Below, piece after piece: positions 1-9,195 of a stretch of 64,000 bases of DNA. The translations under genes and the position numbers were made by a program. The notes beneath the pieces were generated by a model, which had not been told where the DNA came from, searched no databases, and was given only the letters and a program-made list of their open reading frames with translations. Positions within the stretch are counted from its first letter, which is position 1; each line of letters starts with the position of its first letter. This DNA is from Candidatus Sumerlaeales bacterium (GTDB lineage: Bacteria; Sumerlaeota; Sumerlaeia; Sumerlaeales; Sumerlaeaceae): contig JBBSQY010000012.1 of NCBI GenBank assembly GCA_038243585.1, forward strand, positions 12,645 through 76,644. The letters are read 5' to 3'.

Positions 1-155
1 GTTACAAACCGAACTGAAGATGAGAAGAATAACGGGGATTGTAGCACCCACGGATCATGTTCAAGTAAGTGGCGATGCCCGCCGTGTGTCATGATCTGGA
101 GCATCTATGTTGTCGCTGCTTTGCTCTATTTTTTGTTTAAATGAGGCAAAAGCGG

Positions 156-488
156 TTAGAGGATTCCAGCGGACCGGCTTAGTGCCTGGTGATGACGGCG
201 GACTCCGGCGCAGACCAGATCGCAGACCTCGAACACGGTGTCGTCTTTAATAAAGTAGAATACCTGGGTTCCGGCTTTGCGCGAGCCAACTATGCCGGTC
301 TGTTTTAAAACGGACAGGTGTTTAGAGGTGATTGGCTGATTCTGCTGCAGGTTGGCAGCCAGATCATTTACACTCATCTCGCCGGCTTCCCGAAGTGATA
401 TCATGATTCGCAGGCGGGTCTCGTCGGCAAGTGCCCGTAGTCTTTCAACGGCAAGACTGATTATCTCTGGGGTGAGTTCTTTGGGCAT
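156..488 (-). CDS. ArsR/SmtB-family transcriptional repressor (BigR/SqrR-like context)
   Basis: LRALADETRLRI...SVNDLA...SKHLSVLKQTGIV..RKAG...FY winged-HTH signature; C-terminal CxxxC; divergent from a sulfur-detox operon. ATG 488 preferred over 509 because a palindrome overlaps 509. Confidence 0.85.
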   Translation of the reverse strand: MPKELTPEIISLAVERLRALADETRLRIMISLREAGEMSVNDLAANLQQNQPITSKHLSVLKQTGIVGSRKAGTQVFYFIKDDTVFEVCDLVCAGVRRHHQALSRSAGIL

Positions 489-500
489 AGCATAAGGCTC

Positions 501-518
501 TATTCCCATACAGGAATA
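501..518. promoter_or_regulatory. Putative ArsR/SqrR-type operator TATTCC-N6-GGAATA (contains ATTC-N8-GAAT)
   Basis: Perfect 6-bp inverted repeat between the divergent repressor and the operon; matches the ATTC-N8-GAAT box I recall for SqrR. Confidence 0.55.
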
Positions 519-617
519 TATTCTATTGTTATGGTCGTCTATGGCTCGGCGTTGGAATAACTATTGCGTCTTTTCAGGTCAAAATTATCATCATTATAAA
601 ATAGGTGGATTCGAAAA

Positions 618-1076
618 ATGGACGTTAAAGAAATCAGCGATACCGTATCAGTCGGCTCTCAGCCCACTGAGCAGGATTTGGATAATCTGGCGGAGCAGGG
701 ATTTAAATCCATAGTTAACCTTCGCACTGACGAGGAAGAAGATCAGCCACTACGTCCTGATGCTGAGGGTGATCTGGTCAGGTCGAAGGGCCTGGAGTAT
801 CGTAATATTCCAGTGTCTATGAAGAACATGGAACCGGCCCTGGTCGACAAGTTCCGCAACGATTTGGCTAGCCTGCCGACCCCGACCTATGTTCACTGTT
901 TAAGCGGACAGAGGGCCGGAGCTTTTGTTATGATGGACCAGGGGATTCGCAAAAACATGAGCGGAAGTGACGTTCTTGAGCAGGCTAAAAAGATGGGTTT
1001 TGAGTGTGATAAGCCGGAGCTGAAACAGTTTGTGACTCAGTATGTGGACTCACACAGTAAGAGTACTAAGGGCTAA
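618..1076 (+). CDS. DUF442/TIGR01244 (Blh-like) phosphatase-fold sulfurtransferase
   Basis: GFKSIVNLR..EE and the VHCLSGQRAG (HCxxGxR) loop. Confidence 0.8.
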   Translation: MDVKEISDTVSVGSQPTEQDLDNLAEQGFKSIVNLRTDEEEDQPLRPDAEGDLVRSKGLEYRNIPVSMKNMEPALVDKFRNDLASLPTPTYVHCLSGQRAGAFVMMDQGIRKNMSGSDVLEQAKKMGFECDKPELKQFVTQYVDSHSKSTKG

Positions 1077-1096
1077 GGGGCAGAAAGGACCGTTGC

Positions 1097-2503
1097 ATGT
1101 TTCTGGAAACCATAGAATCCAAAGGACTGGCACACATCTCATACATCCTTGGCGATGATGATGTGGGAGTAGCCGTGGTTATCGATCCCCGCCGCGACAT
1201 TGATGTGTATCTGGAGCGCTGTCGCAGCCATGGTGTCAGGGTGACTCATATCCTTGAAACTCATATCCATGCGGATTTTGTTTCTGGGAGTACAGAACTG
1301 GCGGCTGTGACTGGGGCGGAAATTGTTGGGGGTGCAAGTGATGATTATGGTTTTCCGATCAGGCAGGTCAAGGAAGGCGAAGAGATAAAAGTCGGGCCCA
1401 AGATTACGATTCGGGTGTTTGAGACTCCGGGCCATACGCCGGAACACGTTTCCTACCTGGTTAGTGGCGGTCGGGGTTCGAAGGGACCATGGGGGCTGTT
1501 TACGGGGGATACGCTTTTCGCAGGTGAGGTGGGGCGGCCGGATCTTCTGGGGTCTGACCAGGTAGAGGACCTGGCAAAACAGTTGTATCATACTCTCTTC
1601 GATAAGTTGCTGAAGCTGGGGGATGAGGTCGAGATTTATCCGGCACACGGAAAAGGCTCGCCTTGCGGAGGCAACATTGGCGACCGGCTTACGAGCACTA
1701 TTGGTTATGAGCGCCTGCATAACCCCAAGTTCACGGCTAAAAGCGAAAGCGAATTTGTGGAGATGGTGCTGAAAGATCTGCCACCGGCGCCGTCATACTA
1801 TCCGCGTATGAAAAAGGTTAATGCGAAGGGACCATCACCGCTTCGCTGCATTCCTACTATTCAACCAATGGAACCGGATGATGTTGATGCAGCGCAGTCG
1901 GACTCGACGGTCCTGGTTTTGGATACGCGAGAGATAGAAGGGTTTGCAGGGGCCCATATTCCCGGGTCCATGAACATTGCATTGCGAGACGAATTCCCGG
2001 TGTGGTCCGGTTGGATGCTTGAACCGAATCAGAAGATTCTTCTGGTTCTTGAGCGACATAGTGACCTTGACGCCGTTCAGCGGCATTTACTGCGGATTGG
2101 TATCGAAAACATTATCGGCTTTATTCGGCTGGGCATACGTGGCTGGATCGAGGCAGGTCGACATTTTGACCATATTGATAACGTTAGTGTCCACGAACTT
2201 CATGAGCAACTTAAGAACGGGGCAGATGGGCTTCAGCTTTTAGATGTGCGTGCAGAGTCCGAATGGAACTCGGGGAAAATTGCGTCTGCTAAACATGCTT
2301 ACCTGGGACATCTTGACGAGGAACTCGGAAGCCAGCTGGATCCGGATAAGCCGGTTTTGACCTATTGCGGATCTGGATACAGGGCCAGCATTGCCGCCAG
2401 CGTTCTTCAGCGTAAAGGATATAAAGACGTAAGGAATCTGCCGGGAAGTATGAAAGCGTGGAAAGCCGCCGGATTTTCTACTGTTGATCCTGCTGAAAAC
2501 TAA
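1097..2503 (+). CDS. MBL-fold persulfide dioxygenase fused to rhodanese domains (CstB-like)
   Basis: ETHIHADFVSG, TPGHTPEH, FTGDTLF..GRPDL and PAHG motifs; two rhodanese-like domains, the last with YCGSGYRAS. Confidence 0.85.
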   Translation: MFLETIESKGLAHISYILGDDDVGVAVVIDPRRDIDVYLERCRSHGVRVTHILETHIHADFVSGSTELAAVTGAEIVGGASDDYGFPIRQVKEGEEIKVGPKITIRVFETPGHTPEHVSYLVSGGRGSKGPWGLFTGDTLFAGEVGRPDLLGSDQVEDLAKQLYHTLFDKLLKLGDEVEIYPAHGKGSPCGGNIGDRLTSTIGYERLHNPKFTAKSESEFVEMVLKDLPPAPSYYPRMKKVNAKGPSPLRCIPTIQPMEPDDVDAAQSDSTVLVLDTREIEGFAGAHIPGSMNIALRDEFPVWSGWMLEPNQKILLVLERHSDLDAVQRHLLRIGIENIIGFIRLGIRGWIEAGRHFDHIDNVSVHELHEQLKNGADGLQLLDVRAESEWNSGKIASAKHAYLGHLDEELGSQLDPDKPVLTYCGSGYRASIAASVLQRKGYKDVRNLPGSMKAWKAAGFSTVDPAEN

Positions 2504-2509
2504 AAGCGG

Positions 2510-3346
2510 TTGGAAGTACTCACAACAATAATTTACGGCATCATCGTCGGGCTATCTCTAGGGATGACCGGCGGTGGTGGTTCTATTTTGGCAGTGCCAA
2601 TGCTTGTGTATGGTGTACACCTGGCCCCAAATGAAGCGGCGCTGGTTTCGCTGGTGGCTGTTGGCGGGGTGGCGCTTGTCGGCGCGGGTCGCAAACTTAG
2701 AAGCGGCGAAGTGGAATGGACGGCAGGTACGGCGCTTGGCGTCGGTGGGGTCTTGGGCGCGCCAGTGGGAATTTGGGTGTCTCAGTTTCTGCCTTCACGC
2801 ATAATGCTATTGATCTTTGCCGCAATTATGGTTGTGGTGGCCGCCGCCATGTGGATGCGCGCCAGCTGCGAGCGCGAAGACGCAACGGAATATCGAGACG
2901 CCGCCTTTACCCAGAATGACAGCGCCAGGCAGGGCGCCACCTGTAAAATCCACCCTTCGGGTAAGCTTGTCATAACCAGCCGGTGCCTGATGGTTATTGG
3001 AGTCATCGGAATGGCGACCGGTGTGATGTCAGGCATATTCGGGGTGGGTGGCGGCTTTATTATCGTCCCCGCTCTCACCATGTTTGCCGGATTAAGTATT
3101 CGACGTGCAGTGGCAACCTCCATGCTGGCCGTGGGTATGGTAAGTTTTGCAGGAGTATCGAGTGGCTTGTTGGCTGGAAGGAGCATCCCTATCCTGCCAA
3201 CCTCCCTTTTCGCAGCCGGCGGCGTGGCAGGTCTGCTCGCAGGAATTGCGATAGGTGCCCGCCTGCCAGCGGCTGTAATACAGAAAATATTTGCGGGAGT
3301 TATAGCCGTTGTCGCCGTCTATGTGGCTATTCGAGCTGCTGCATAA
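2510..3346 (+). CDS. Sulfite exporter TauE/SafE (TSUP) family
   Basis: Two G.GGG..VP repeats (GGGGSILAVP, GVGGGFIIVP); about 8 TM helices; TTG start. Confidence 0.85.
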   Translation: MEVLTTIIYGIIVGLSLGMTGGGGSILAVPMLVYGVHLAPNEAALVSLVAVGGVALVGAGRKLRSGEVEWTAGTALGVGGVLGAPVGIWVSQFLPSRIMLLIFAAIMVVVAAAMWMRASCEREDATEYRDAAFTQNDSARQGATCKIHPSGKLVITSRCLMVIGVIGMATGVMSGIFGVGGGFIIVPALTMFAGLSIRRAVATSMLAVGMVSFAGVSSGLLAGRSIPILPTSLFAAGGVAGLLAGIAIGARLPAAVIQKIFAGVIAVVAVYVAIRAAA

Positions 3347-3423
3347 TTCGACGCGTAAAGCAGTCCCCTTGAGCGCTTATTTCATATGGGGCAGGCACGC
3401 TGCGGATTTGGTTGTGTTCATTT

Positions 3424-4632
3424 TTAATGGTTTCCGCCGTGGCCGCCGTCACTTACGGGATATGTGTTTCGCATGCTGTCCCGATCACTTTTTTGTTCCC
3501 AGATCGCACCCCAGTCGGTGGGATCGGTTGCTGCCATAATTTCCATGTAATCGCTCACGTCCTGAGCCAGCAGTGGATCGGGCGTGGGTAGGCGTTGGAG
3601 GTAGCTTGCGGCGTCGCCACGGGCTGCTTTCGCAATTTGGGTTATTATGTGTCGCCGGGTATCCAGATTTGTTTCCACCTGGTAGCCTGCCTCCAGGGCG
3701 GTGATTACGGCGTCGTGATTTTCGGGGGTGGCCCCGCTACCCAGCGCTACGGCCGCCAGAGATCGGTTTCCTGCGACTGTCTCTCCCTGTAGCGCGTCAG
3801 TCATGGCTTCAAACACTCTTGGCGTGAGGGGGGCGTTGCTGTTCCCGATGGTCTGGATGACGACACCACGCACGAACGGATGGTCTGTTGCTTCGCGGGC
3901 ACCCAGCAGGGCCTCGGTAATAGTCTCTGCCAATTCCGGCGAGTGATTCATCCATTGCCCCATAAGATCGACCGCAGCGCCTCTAAGTTCTGGCGACGGG
4001 GCGGATTGTGCGAATTCCGTCATCTGAAGCCGTAGCGCGTCCGGGACTTTCCGCATGTAACCGAGGGCTAACATGGCCGCCTGGCGACGATCGAAATTTG
4101 AATCGTTGAAGATAATGTCTGCAAGGGATTCGTATGGAAAATCCTCGCCGATAGCTGCGGCGGCCTCGCCTAATGACTGGGCGATCAGAATCATTAACTG
4201 GGGATCCTGCTCCTCGCGCAGAAGGTCGATTACGCTGGTGGTGGAACCCTGTTCATTTACCAGATGCTGGGTCAGACTGGTGAGGGAATCGATCAGATTT
4301 TTTTCGGCTTCGGCGGTTCGGCGGTTGTTGACCTCGGCAAACTCTGCTGCCTCGGATTCGGACAGCATCAGGGTTGCGCTGAGGTTTTCTTCGACGACCA
4401 GATGGGATTTGCGAAGCGCATTTACGCGGCCGGCGGCAGCCGTTCCGGGCGAAACATTAAGTTGGCTTATTTTGGTTAATGTTTCGGGGTTTTCCAGATT
4501 TGGCGCGCCCACGGTTTCTCTGTTGAAAATACGTGCGGCACCGCCGGTGCCGTCTGTTGTTTTACTTGCGAGGTAAACCAGCGCAATACAGACTGCGACG
4601 GCAGAGAAAATCAGCAATGGACGGAGTTTCAT
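3424..4632 (-). CDS. Membrane-anchored HEAT-repeat protein
   Basis: N-terminal hydrophobic anchor; repeated R..A..ALG motifs (RRQAAMLALG, RGAAVDLMG, RSLAAVALG). Confidence 0.6.
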   Translation of the reverse strand: MKLRPLLIFSAVAVCIALVYLASKTTDGTGGAARIFNRETVGAPNLENPETLTKISQLNVSPGTAAAGRVNALRKSHLVVEENLSATLMLSESEAAEFAEVNNRRTAEAEKNLIDSLTSLTQHLVNEQGSTTSVIDLLREEQDPQLMILIAQSLGEAAAAIGEDFPYESLADIIFNDSNFDRRQAAMLALGYMRKVPDALRLQMTEFAQSAPSPELRGAAVDLMGQWMNHSPELAETITEALLGAREATDHPFVRGVVIQTIGNSNAPLTPRVFEAMTDALQGETVAGNRSLAAVALGSGATPENHDAVITALEAGYQVETNLDTRRHIITQIAKAARGDAASYLQRLPTPDPLLAQDVSDYMEIMAATDPTDWGAIWEQKSDRDSMRNTYPVSDGGHGGNH

Positions 4633-4697
4633 TCAACAGCCCCCTTAGGCTAAGACCTTGGTCGACGCGAAAGCTTTCGCGGTTAAGATAAAGAAAA

Positions 4698-4734
4698 CGT
4701 CGGGACGACAGGCTAACAGCCGATCGCCCCGACG
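4698..4734 (-). terminator. Stem-loop with U-rich tail between the M23 and HEAT genes
   Basis: cgtcggg...cccgacg inverted repeat, followed by TTTTCTTT on the minus strand. Confidence 0.4.
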
Positions 4735-4753
4735 GAATTATCAGAACAGTTGC

Positions 4754-5656
4754 TTATTTTACGTATTTAATTGCGTCGGCCACCACGACATAACCACCGG
4801 CGGCCCAACAGGACAGTTGCGTTGTTGAACTTCCGCTGAGATACTTGGTGCCGAGCAGATTCCAACGACCACCGTTATTCTGTTGATTGGCCGTTACGCT
4901 GGAGCCGTCTGGCAAGATGTATGGCGCGCCAGACGACCGGTTTGTTCCGGCGGTCCACCAGCCATATATTTTGTAAGTGCCGGCAGTCAGGCTTGCGGTC
5001 CAGCTGGCTGGTTCACTAACAGGTGCCGTGGCGTGAAAGCGGTAGTTTGAGCCGTATTTGTCTGCGGCGGAAGTGCCCGTTGACCAGCTTCCTACAACGC
5101 TGAAGCCGGAGCTGGTGTTATCGACCACAACAGAGACGGCGGCGATGTCGTTCAGTCCGGGATATTCTTTCGGAACCTCCGTATTGCGGGTCACGTAGCT
5201 GTTGGTCGCGCCTGGTACGAGCTGGGCCACGCCGTCTTTACGCACTTCGAAGTGAAGATGCGCGCCTGTGGTGCAGCTACCTGTATTTCCGGAGCGGGCT
5301 GCGCTCACATTGCGTGTTACCGCGGTTCCAACGCCGAGAATGGCGCTGCTGCTATGGAGAAACCTGGTTTCCCATCCGCCACCGTAGCCAATTTTGTAAA
5401 TGTTCCCGCCGCAACTGCTATAGGCGTAGGAAGTAACTGTGCCGTTGCCGGGCGAACCCAACACGGTTCCGCTGGGCACTGCTATATCGATGCCGTAGTG
5501 ATAGTTGGAGCAGCCGCTACATGGCGAACTTCTTGGGCCAAACGGGCTGCTGACGCGTCCGCTGCAGGGCCAGACAATGCGTCCGGCTTCAAGAGTGGCA
5601 GGTGCCAGGACTGTAAACAAGATTGCGCCACAAAGTAATATCCGAGTTGTCGACAT
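4754..5656 (-). CDS. Secreted M23 metallopeptidase with C-terminal golvesin-like/CBM-like domain
   Basis: Signal peptide; HYGIDI (HxxxD) and TGAHLHFEVR (HxH); C-terminal VVVDN..GF...GSW...VVADAIK domain. Confidence 0.85.
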   Translation of the reverse strand: MSTTRILLCGAILFTVLAPATLEAGRIVWPCSGRVSSPFGPRSSPCSGCSNYHYGIDIAVPSGTVLGSPGNGTVTSYAYSSCGGNIYKIGYGGGWETRFLHSSSAILGVGTAVTRNVSAARSGNTGSCTTGAHLHFEVRKDGVAQLVPGATNSYVTRNTEVPKEYPGLNDIAAVSVVVDNTSSGFSVVGSWSTGTSAADKYGSNYRFHATAPVSEPASWTASLTAGTYKIYGWWTAGTNRSSGAPYILPDGSSVTANQQNNGGRWNLLGTKYLSGSSTTQLSCWAAGGYVVVADAIKYVK

Positions 5657-6233
5657 CTTTTTTTCTCCATGAAATTAGAACGGGATTTGCAATATCGCCA
5701 TTGGCGCGCAAGGCGCGAATCCTAATATCCACGGTTTTCCAAATTGCCAGGTATGGGGGGATTTTGTTACGGCTGGAAATTTATAAAACGGCGTTTAAAA
5801 TTCACGGCGGACAATGCGGCATTGCAATGATCTAGGGAAAAAACGCGAGCATAACCTCCTAAACAGAATGTGAGAGAATCCTGGGCTAAAGCCGCACCAA
5901 ATGGTAAAAAAACCATTCGGTACGTCTGGTTAATTCCGATGCGACGAGCAGTACAAATGCCAACTTTTCGAGCAATCAATGATCTAAGTAAATGCGTTAA
6001 GACGGACGATAAACAGCGACTGAAATAATTCGAAAGTAAAAAGAACTTGTGACAGCCGTTCCGTACTCGCAAGTTTTTTCTACAGAAAATGATGCGCCTA
6101 CTCTTAAATCCATTACCAACCCTCTTCGCCTGGGCGTTCACCTATTCACGAGCTCAACAGAACCGCACCTCCGGCGCGAACTGCGGGATGTGGATGGCAC
6201 ACGATCTAATCGAAGGAACAGAGTGGGGGGTTG

Positions 6234-8282
6234 TTAACGCAGTTTCATGCCGGGGATGTATCTGCAAAAACGATTTCTTCCGGAGCGTTTGGCGTTATAT
6301 AAGGCGGTGTCTGCGAGTTGGGTTAGTTCTGTGGCGTTTACGGAATCTTCCGGGCAGGTGGCTATTCCCGCGCTTACGCCAATTGCTACTGGTTTACCAT
6401 CAAGGTCATATGGCTGTGTTATGGTTTGCACGACTTTTTCACCCAGAATGATTGCGCCTTTATCGTTTGAGAGACTGGCCTGAATGATGGCGAACTCGTC
6501 GCCGCCTAGCCTGGCAACGGTGTCATCACGGCGAGCAAGCTTCAGCAAACGCCGGCCAACTTCCTGTAGCACCTGATCCCCCGCCGCGTGACCCAGGGTG
6601 TCGTTTATGGGTTTAAAAAGGTCGAGGTCGAGCATGTGAATTGCAAAGGGGCTGCCGTTGAAAAGGAAAAGGTCCATGGCCTCTTGCAAGCGCTGATCAA
6701 AGAGTTCACGATTGGCCAGGCCAGTGAGGGGATCATAGAGAGCCATTTTGAGAGCCATTTTTTCAACGTGCGCCCTGCTGAAGAAATCGAGCAGGTCCGC
6801 TTGCAATTTCGCACCGAATTCTTTTTGCGCTGCTGTCCAGGGTTCTGAATTGAAGCGGGTCTGTTGCACCCATGTGGCAAAGGAGCTGCGCGGCGATTTG
6901 GGCTCGAGATCGCCATCCGGTTGATCAATCTGCTGGGGCTTGCCCGCCCATGAAATTGTTTTAATGATTTCCGGGCGAAGCAGCGCCACGAAGCCCTGAT
7001 CGCCTAAGGGGATGAACAGAACGCCGCAGGCGCGAGAGGCGAGCTTCGGGCAAGATAGCAAGGAGCTGGGCAGTGTCTGACAGGAGCTGATTTCGCCGAC
7101 AGGCAGAGTTTTAAACCAGTCGCCCAATTGTTCCAGCTCATTTTTATCGGGTATGTCTCCGGAAACGTAATCATGTCCATCATAGCGCAGCCACGCTCCA
7201 CTGGCCGAAAGCAGCTCTCGTATGAGAGGCAGGTGGAGTGACACCCCGCCTGCGATATCCTTTCGGGAGGTGGAAAGGGCGCCCTTTAAACGGGAGAGTT
7301 GCTGGCGAAGAGCCGCGCGCGTATCGCCTTCCAAAAGATCAAGCCGGGTCTCCAGGTGAATGGATAAGATGCGGGACATTTCTTCAAACGCGAGGCGATC
7401 GCGGAGCGCCAGGGTGCGGGGCGATTTGTGGTGACAAGCGACCAGGCCGTATAATTTCCCCGCTACGATAACGGACACGCTGAAAGATGCATGAACACCC
7501 ATATTTTTCATGTATTGGATGTGAACCGGGTGAACCGCTCGCAGCATAGACCCGGTAAGATCCAGGGGAAGCGCATCGCTTTCCAACGCAAGCAGCGGTA
7601 CATCCGGAGAATTAACATCGCTTATAATTCGCTGCCGGTTTATGGTGTAGAGGCGGTGAGCTGCGGGTGAGATATCGCTGGCGGGAAAATGTAGGCCGAG
7701 ATAAGATTCGATGCCTGGCTGGCGCATCTCCTGGACCACCGCACCGTGCATATCCGGGAAAAACTCGTAAAGTAACACACGATCGAATCCGGAACGGTTA
7801 AACATCCACCGGACGAGCAGATTGCGGCATTGATCAAGAGTCCGGGCCTCTTCCAGTTCTGCGAGAAAAACGATGCGTTTGCTGTAATTCCACCAGTGGC
7901 TTGTTGTTCCGGATGCCACTTCGAATTCAAAGATCAAATGATCATCCTGCTGGTGAGCGACTACGTTAAGCGGGACTGGAAAAATCCCCGTGGGCAATAA
8001 GAGCATGCCGGTTTTCAACGCTAGCTGAAGCATTTCCGGCCAGCGGGATGAAAAGAGACTTTCGGCATCTCGTCCCAGCAGATCTTCAGGTTGCATCCCT
8101 AAAACATCGGCTGAATTCGCCGAACAATAAACGATGCGGTTATGGGACGTATGGACCGCCAATAAAGCTCCGCAGGGCTGGATATGACCCATAAGGTGCA
8201 GAGGATCATTTTTGCAGTCGCTGAAGGAATTGCTAGAATAGCTTCCTGATGCCGCCCCGACCGGGGTATTTGTTTTGGTCAC
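6234..8282 (-). CDS. Bacteriophytochrome PAS-GAF-PHY with GGDEF diguanylate cyclase output (PadC-like)
   Basis: Bilin Cys in DCKNDPLH..GHIQP; LGLHFPASDI, HIQYMKNMGV, CHH and PRSSF motifs; DPLTGLANR, RxxD I-site and intact GGDEF. Start is GTG 8282 or TTG 8333. Confidence 0.9.
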   Translation of the reverse strand: MTKTNTPVGAASGSYSSNSFSDCKNDPLHLMGHIQPCGALLAVHTSHNRIVYCSANSADVLGMQPEDLLGRDAESLFSSRWPEMLQLALKTGMLLLPTGIFPVPLNVVAHQQDDHLIFEFEVASGTTSHWWNYSKRIVFLAELEEARTLDQCRNLLVRWMFNRSGFDRVLLYEFFPDMHGAVVQEMRQPGIESYLGLHFPASDISPAAHRLYTINRQRIISDVNSPDVPLLALESDALPLDLTGSMLRAVHPVHIQYMKNMGVHASFSVSVIVAGKLYGLVACHHKSPRTLALRDRLAFEEMSRILSIHLETRLDLLEGDTRAALRQQLSRLKGALSTSRKDIAGGVSLHLPLIRELLSASGAWLRYDGHDYVSGDIPDKNELEQLGDWFKTLPVGEISSCQTLPSSLLSCPKLASRACGVLFIPLGDQGFVALLRPEIIKTISWAGKPQQIDQPDGDLEPKSPRSSFATWVQQTRFNSEPWTAAQKEFGAKLQADLLDFFSRAHVEKMALKMALYDPLTGLANRELFDQRLQEAMDLFLFNGSPFAIHMLDLDLFKPINDTLGHAAGDQVLQEVGRRLLKLARRDDTVARLGGDEFAIIQASLSNDKGAIILGEKVVQTITQPYDLDGKPVAIGVSAGIATCPEDSVNATELTQLADTALYNAKRSGRNRFCRYIPGMKLR
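6738..6761 (-). repeat. Perfect 12-bp tandem duplication (AAAATGGCTCTC x2, encoding KMAL KMAL)
   Basis: gagagccatttt gagagccatttt is read directly on the + strand. Confidence 0.9.
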
Positions 8283-8449
8283 TTCAATTTCGATTCCCGC
8301 TTCCGGAAAGTTCTGATTAAAGCTACAAAACAAACGGGGGATTTGCTCACTCAGGGGCGGTTATGGGCGCTCCGGCACGCCTGGAAACCGGGCCGGTGCC
8401 GTGCCGAATTTCTTTTTCTTGCTGTTAAGGATCTTACTGCTCGCCCATT

Positions 8450-9091
8450 ATGGTTAAAGATGATTGTCCTCATCAGGCGCTGGTATTGGAAATCATGCGC
8501 AGCCAATCCAAGAATAGGTCGTGGCTGGTGGAATGGGCACTAGAGAGCTTAAAGGCAGTTATGCTTTTTGCCCTACTGTTTAATATTATCGCTATCACAA
8601 GCCTGCCTATTTCTGAGGGCTTTAAATTCGGATTGGTTATTGGGCTTTTTGCCGTGTATTTCCTTGTTGATTGGGTCGGCAAACGCGTTGCACCCGCGAC
8701 TCCAGACGACGATGGGTGGACCTCGCTTCACGTAATAGATGATTTTGCCCAATCGCGATGGCAATGGTTAGTCGAACTCGTGATTGGGCTTGGAAAGTTC
8801 GCTATAGTTGTCGCTGCAATGCTTTCGGCGATGCTGTTTCTAATGACCGGCGGAAACCGAATGTTGTTTGTTTATCTCGGGATGGTATTGGTGATTCTCT
8901 ATGTTGCCATGGATGGAATATTATACATCACTGAGCCTGCTTGTCGCCAATGTGGCAGGCGGCTGCAGCGTCGCATTCCGCTGGGCGGAGATGAAATCTG
9001 GTATGTATGCTTCGACTGCGAAATACGGGGAGATTCCGGCCTTAGACAGGCTGAGTTTGAAGGTGGCGCGGAGGGCGGCGATGGCGACTAA
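8450..9091 (+). CDS. Hypothetical membrane protein with two 2-TM repeats and a C-terminal Zn ribbon
   Basis: Repeated WLVE..TM-TM unit; CRQC...CFDC. Start may be ATG 8495. Confidence 0.5.
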   Translation: MVKDDCPHQALVLEIMRSQSKNRSWLVEWALESLKAVMLFALLFNIIAITSLPISEGFKFGLVIGLFAVYFLVDWVGKRVAPATPDDDGWTSLHVIDDFAQSRWQWLVELVIGLGKFAIVVAAMLSAMLFLMTGGNRMLFVYLGMVLVILYVAMDGILYITEPACRQCGRRLQRRIPLGGDEIWYVCFDCEIRGDSGLRQAEFEGGAEGGDGD

Positions 9092-9195
9092 CGATAGCTG
9101 GTTACAGGTGCTGTTTGGGGGCAATATTACCGTTCTGGCCAGAACCTCTATTTTCTATTGATACCGAGCCGCGGGCTGCCATACATCTATTTCTT

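Noticed and set aside
5700..6230. Short ORFs in the AT-richer gap between the M23 and phytochrome genes
   Set aside because: No recognisable motif, RBS or RNA structure.
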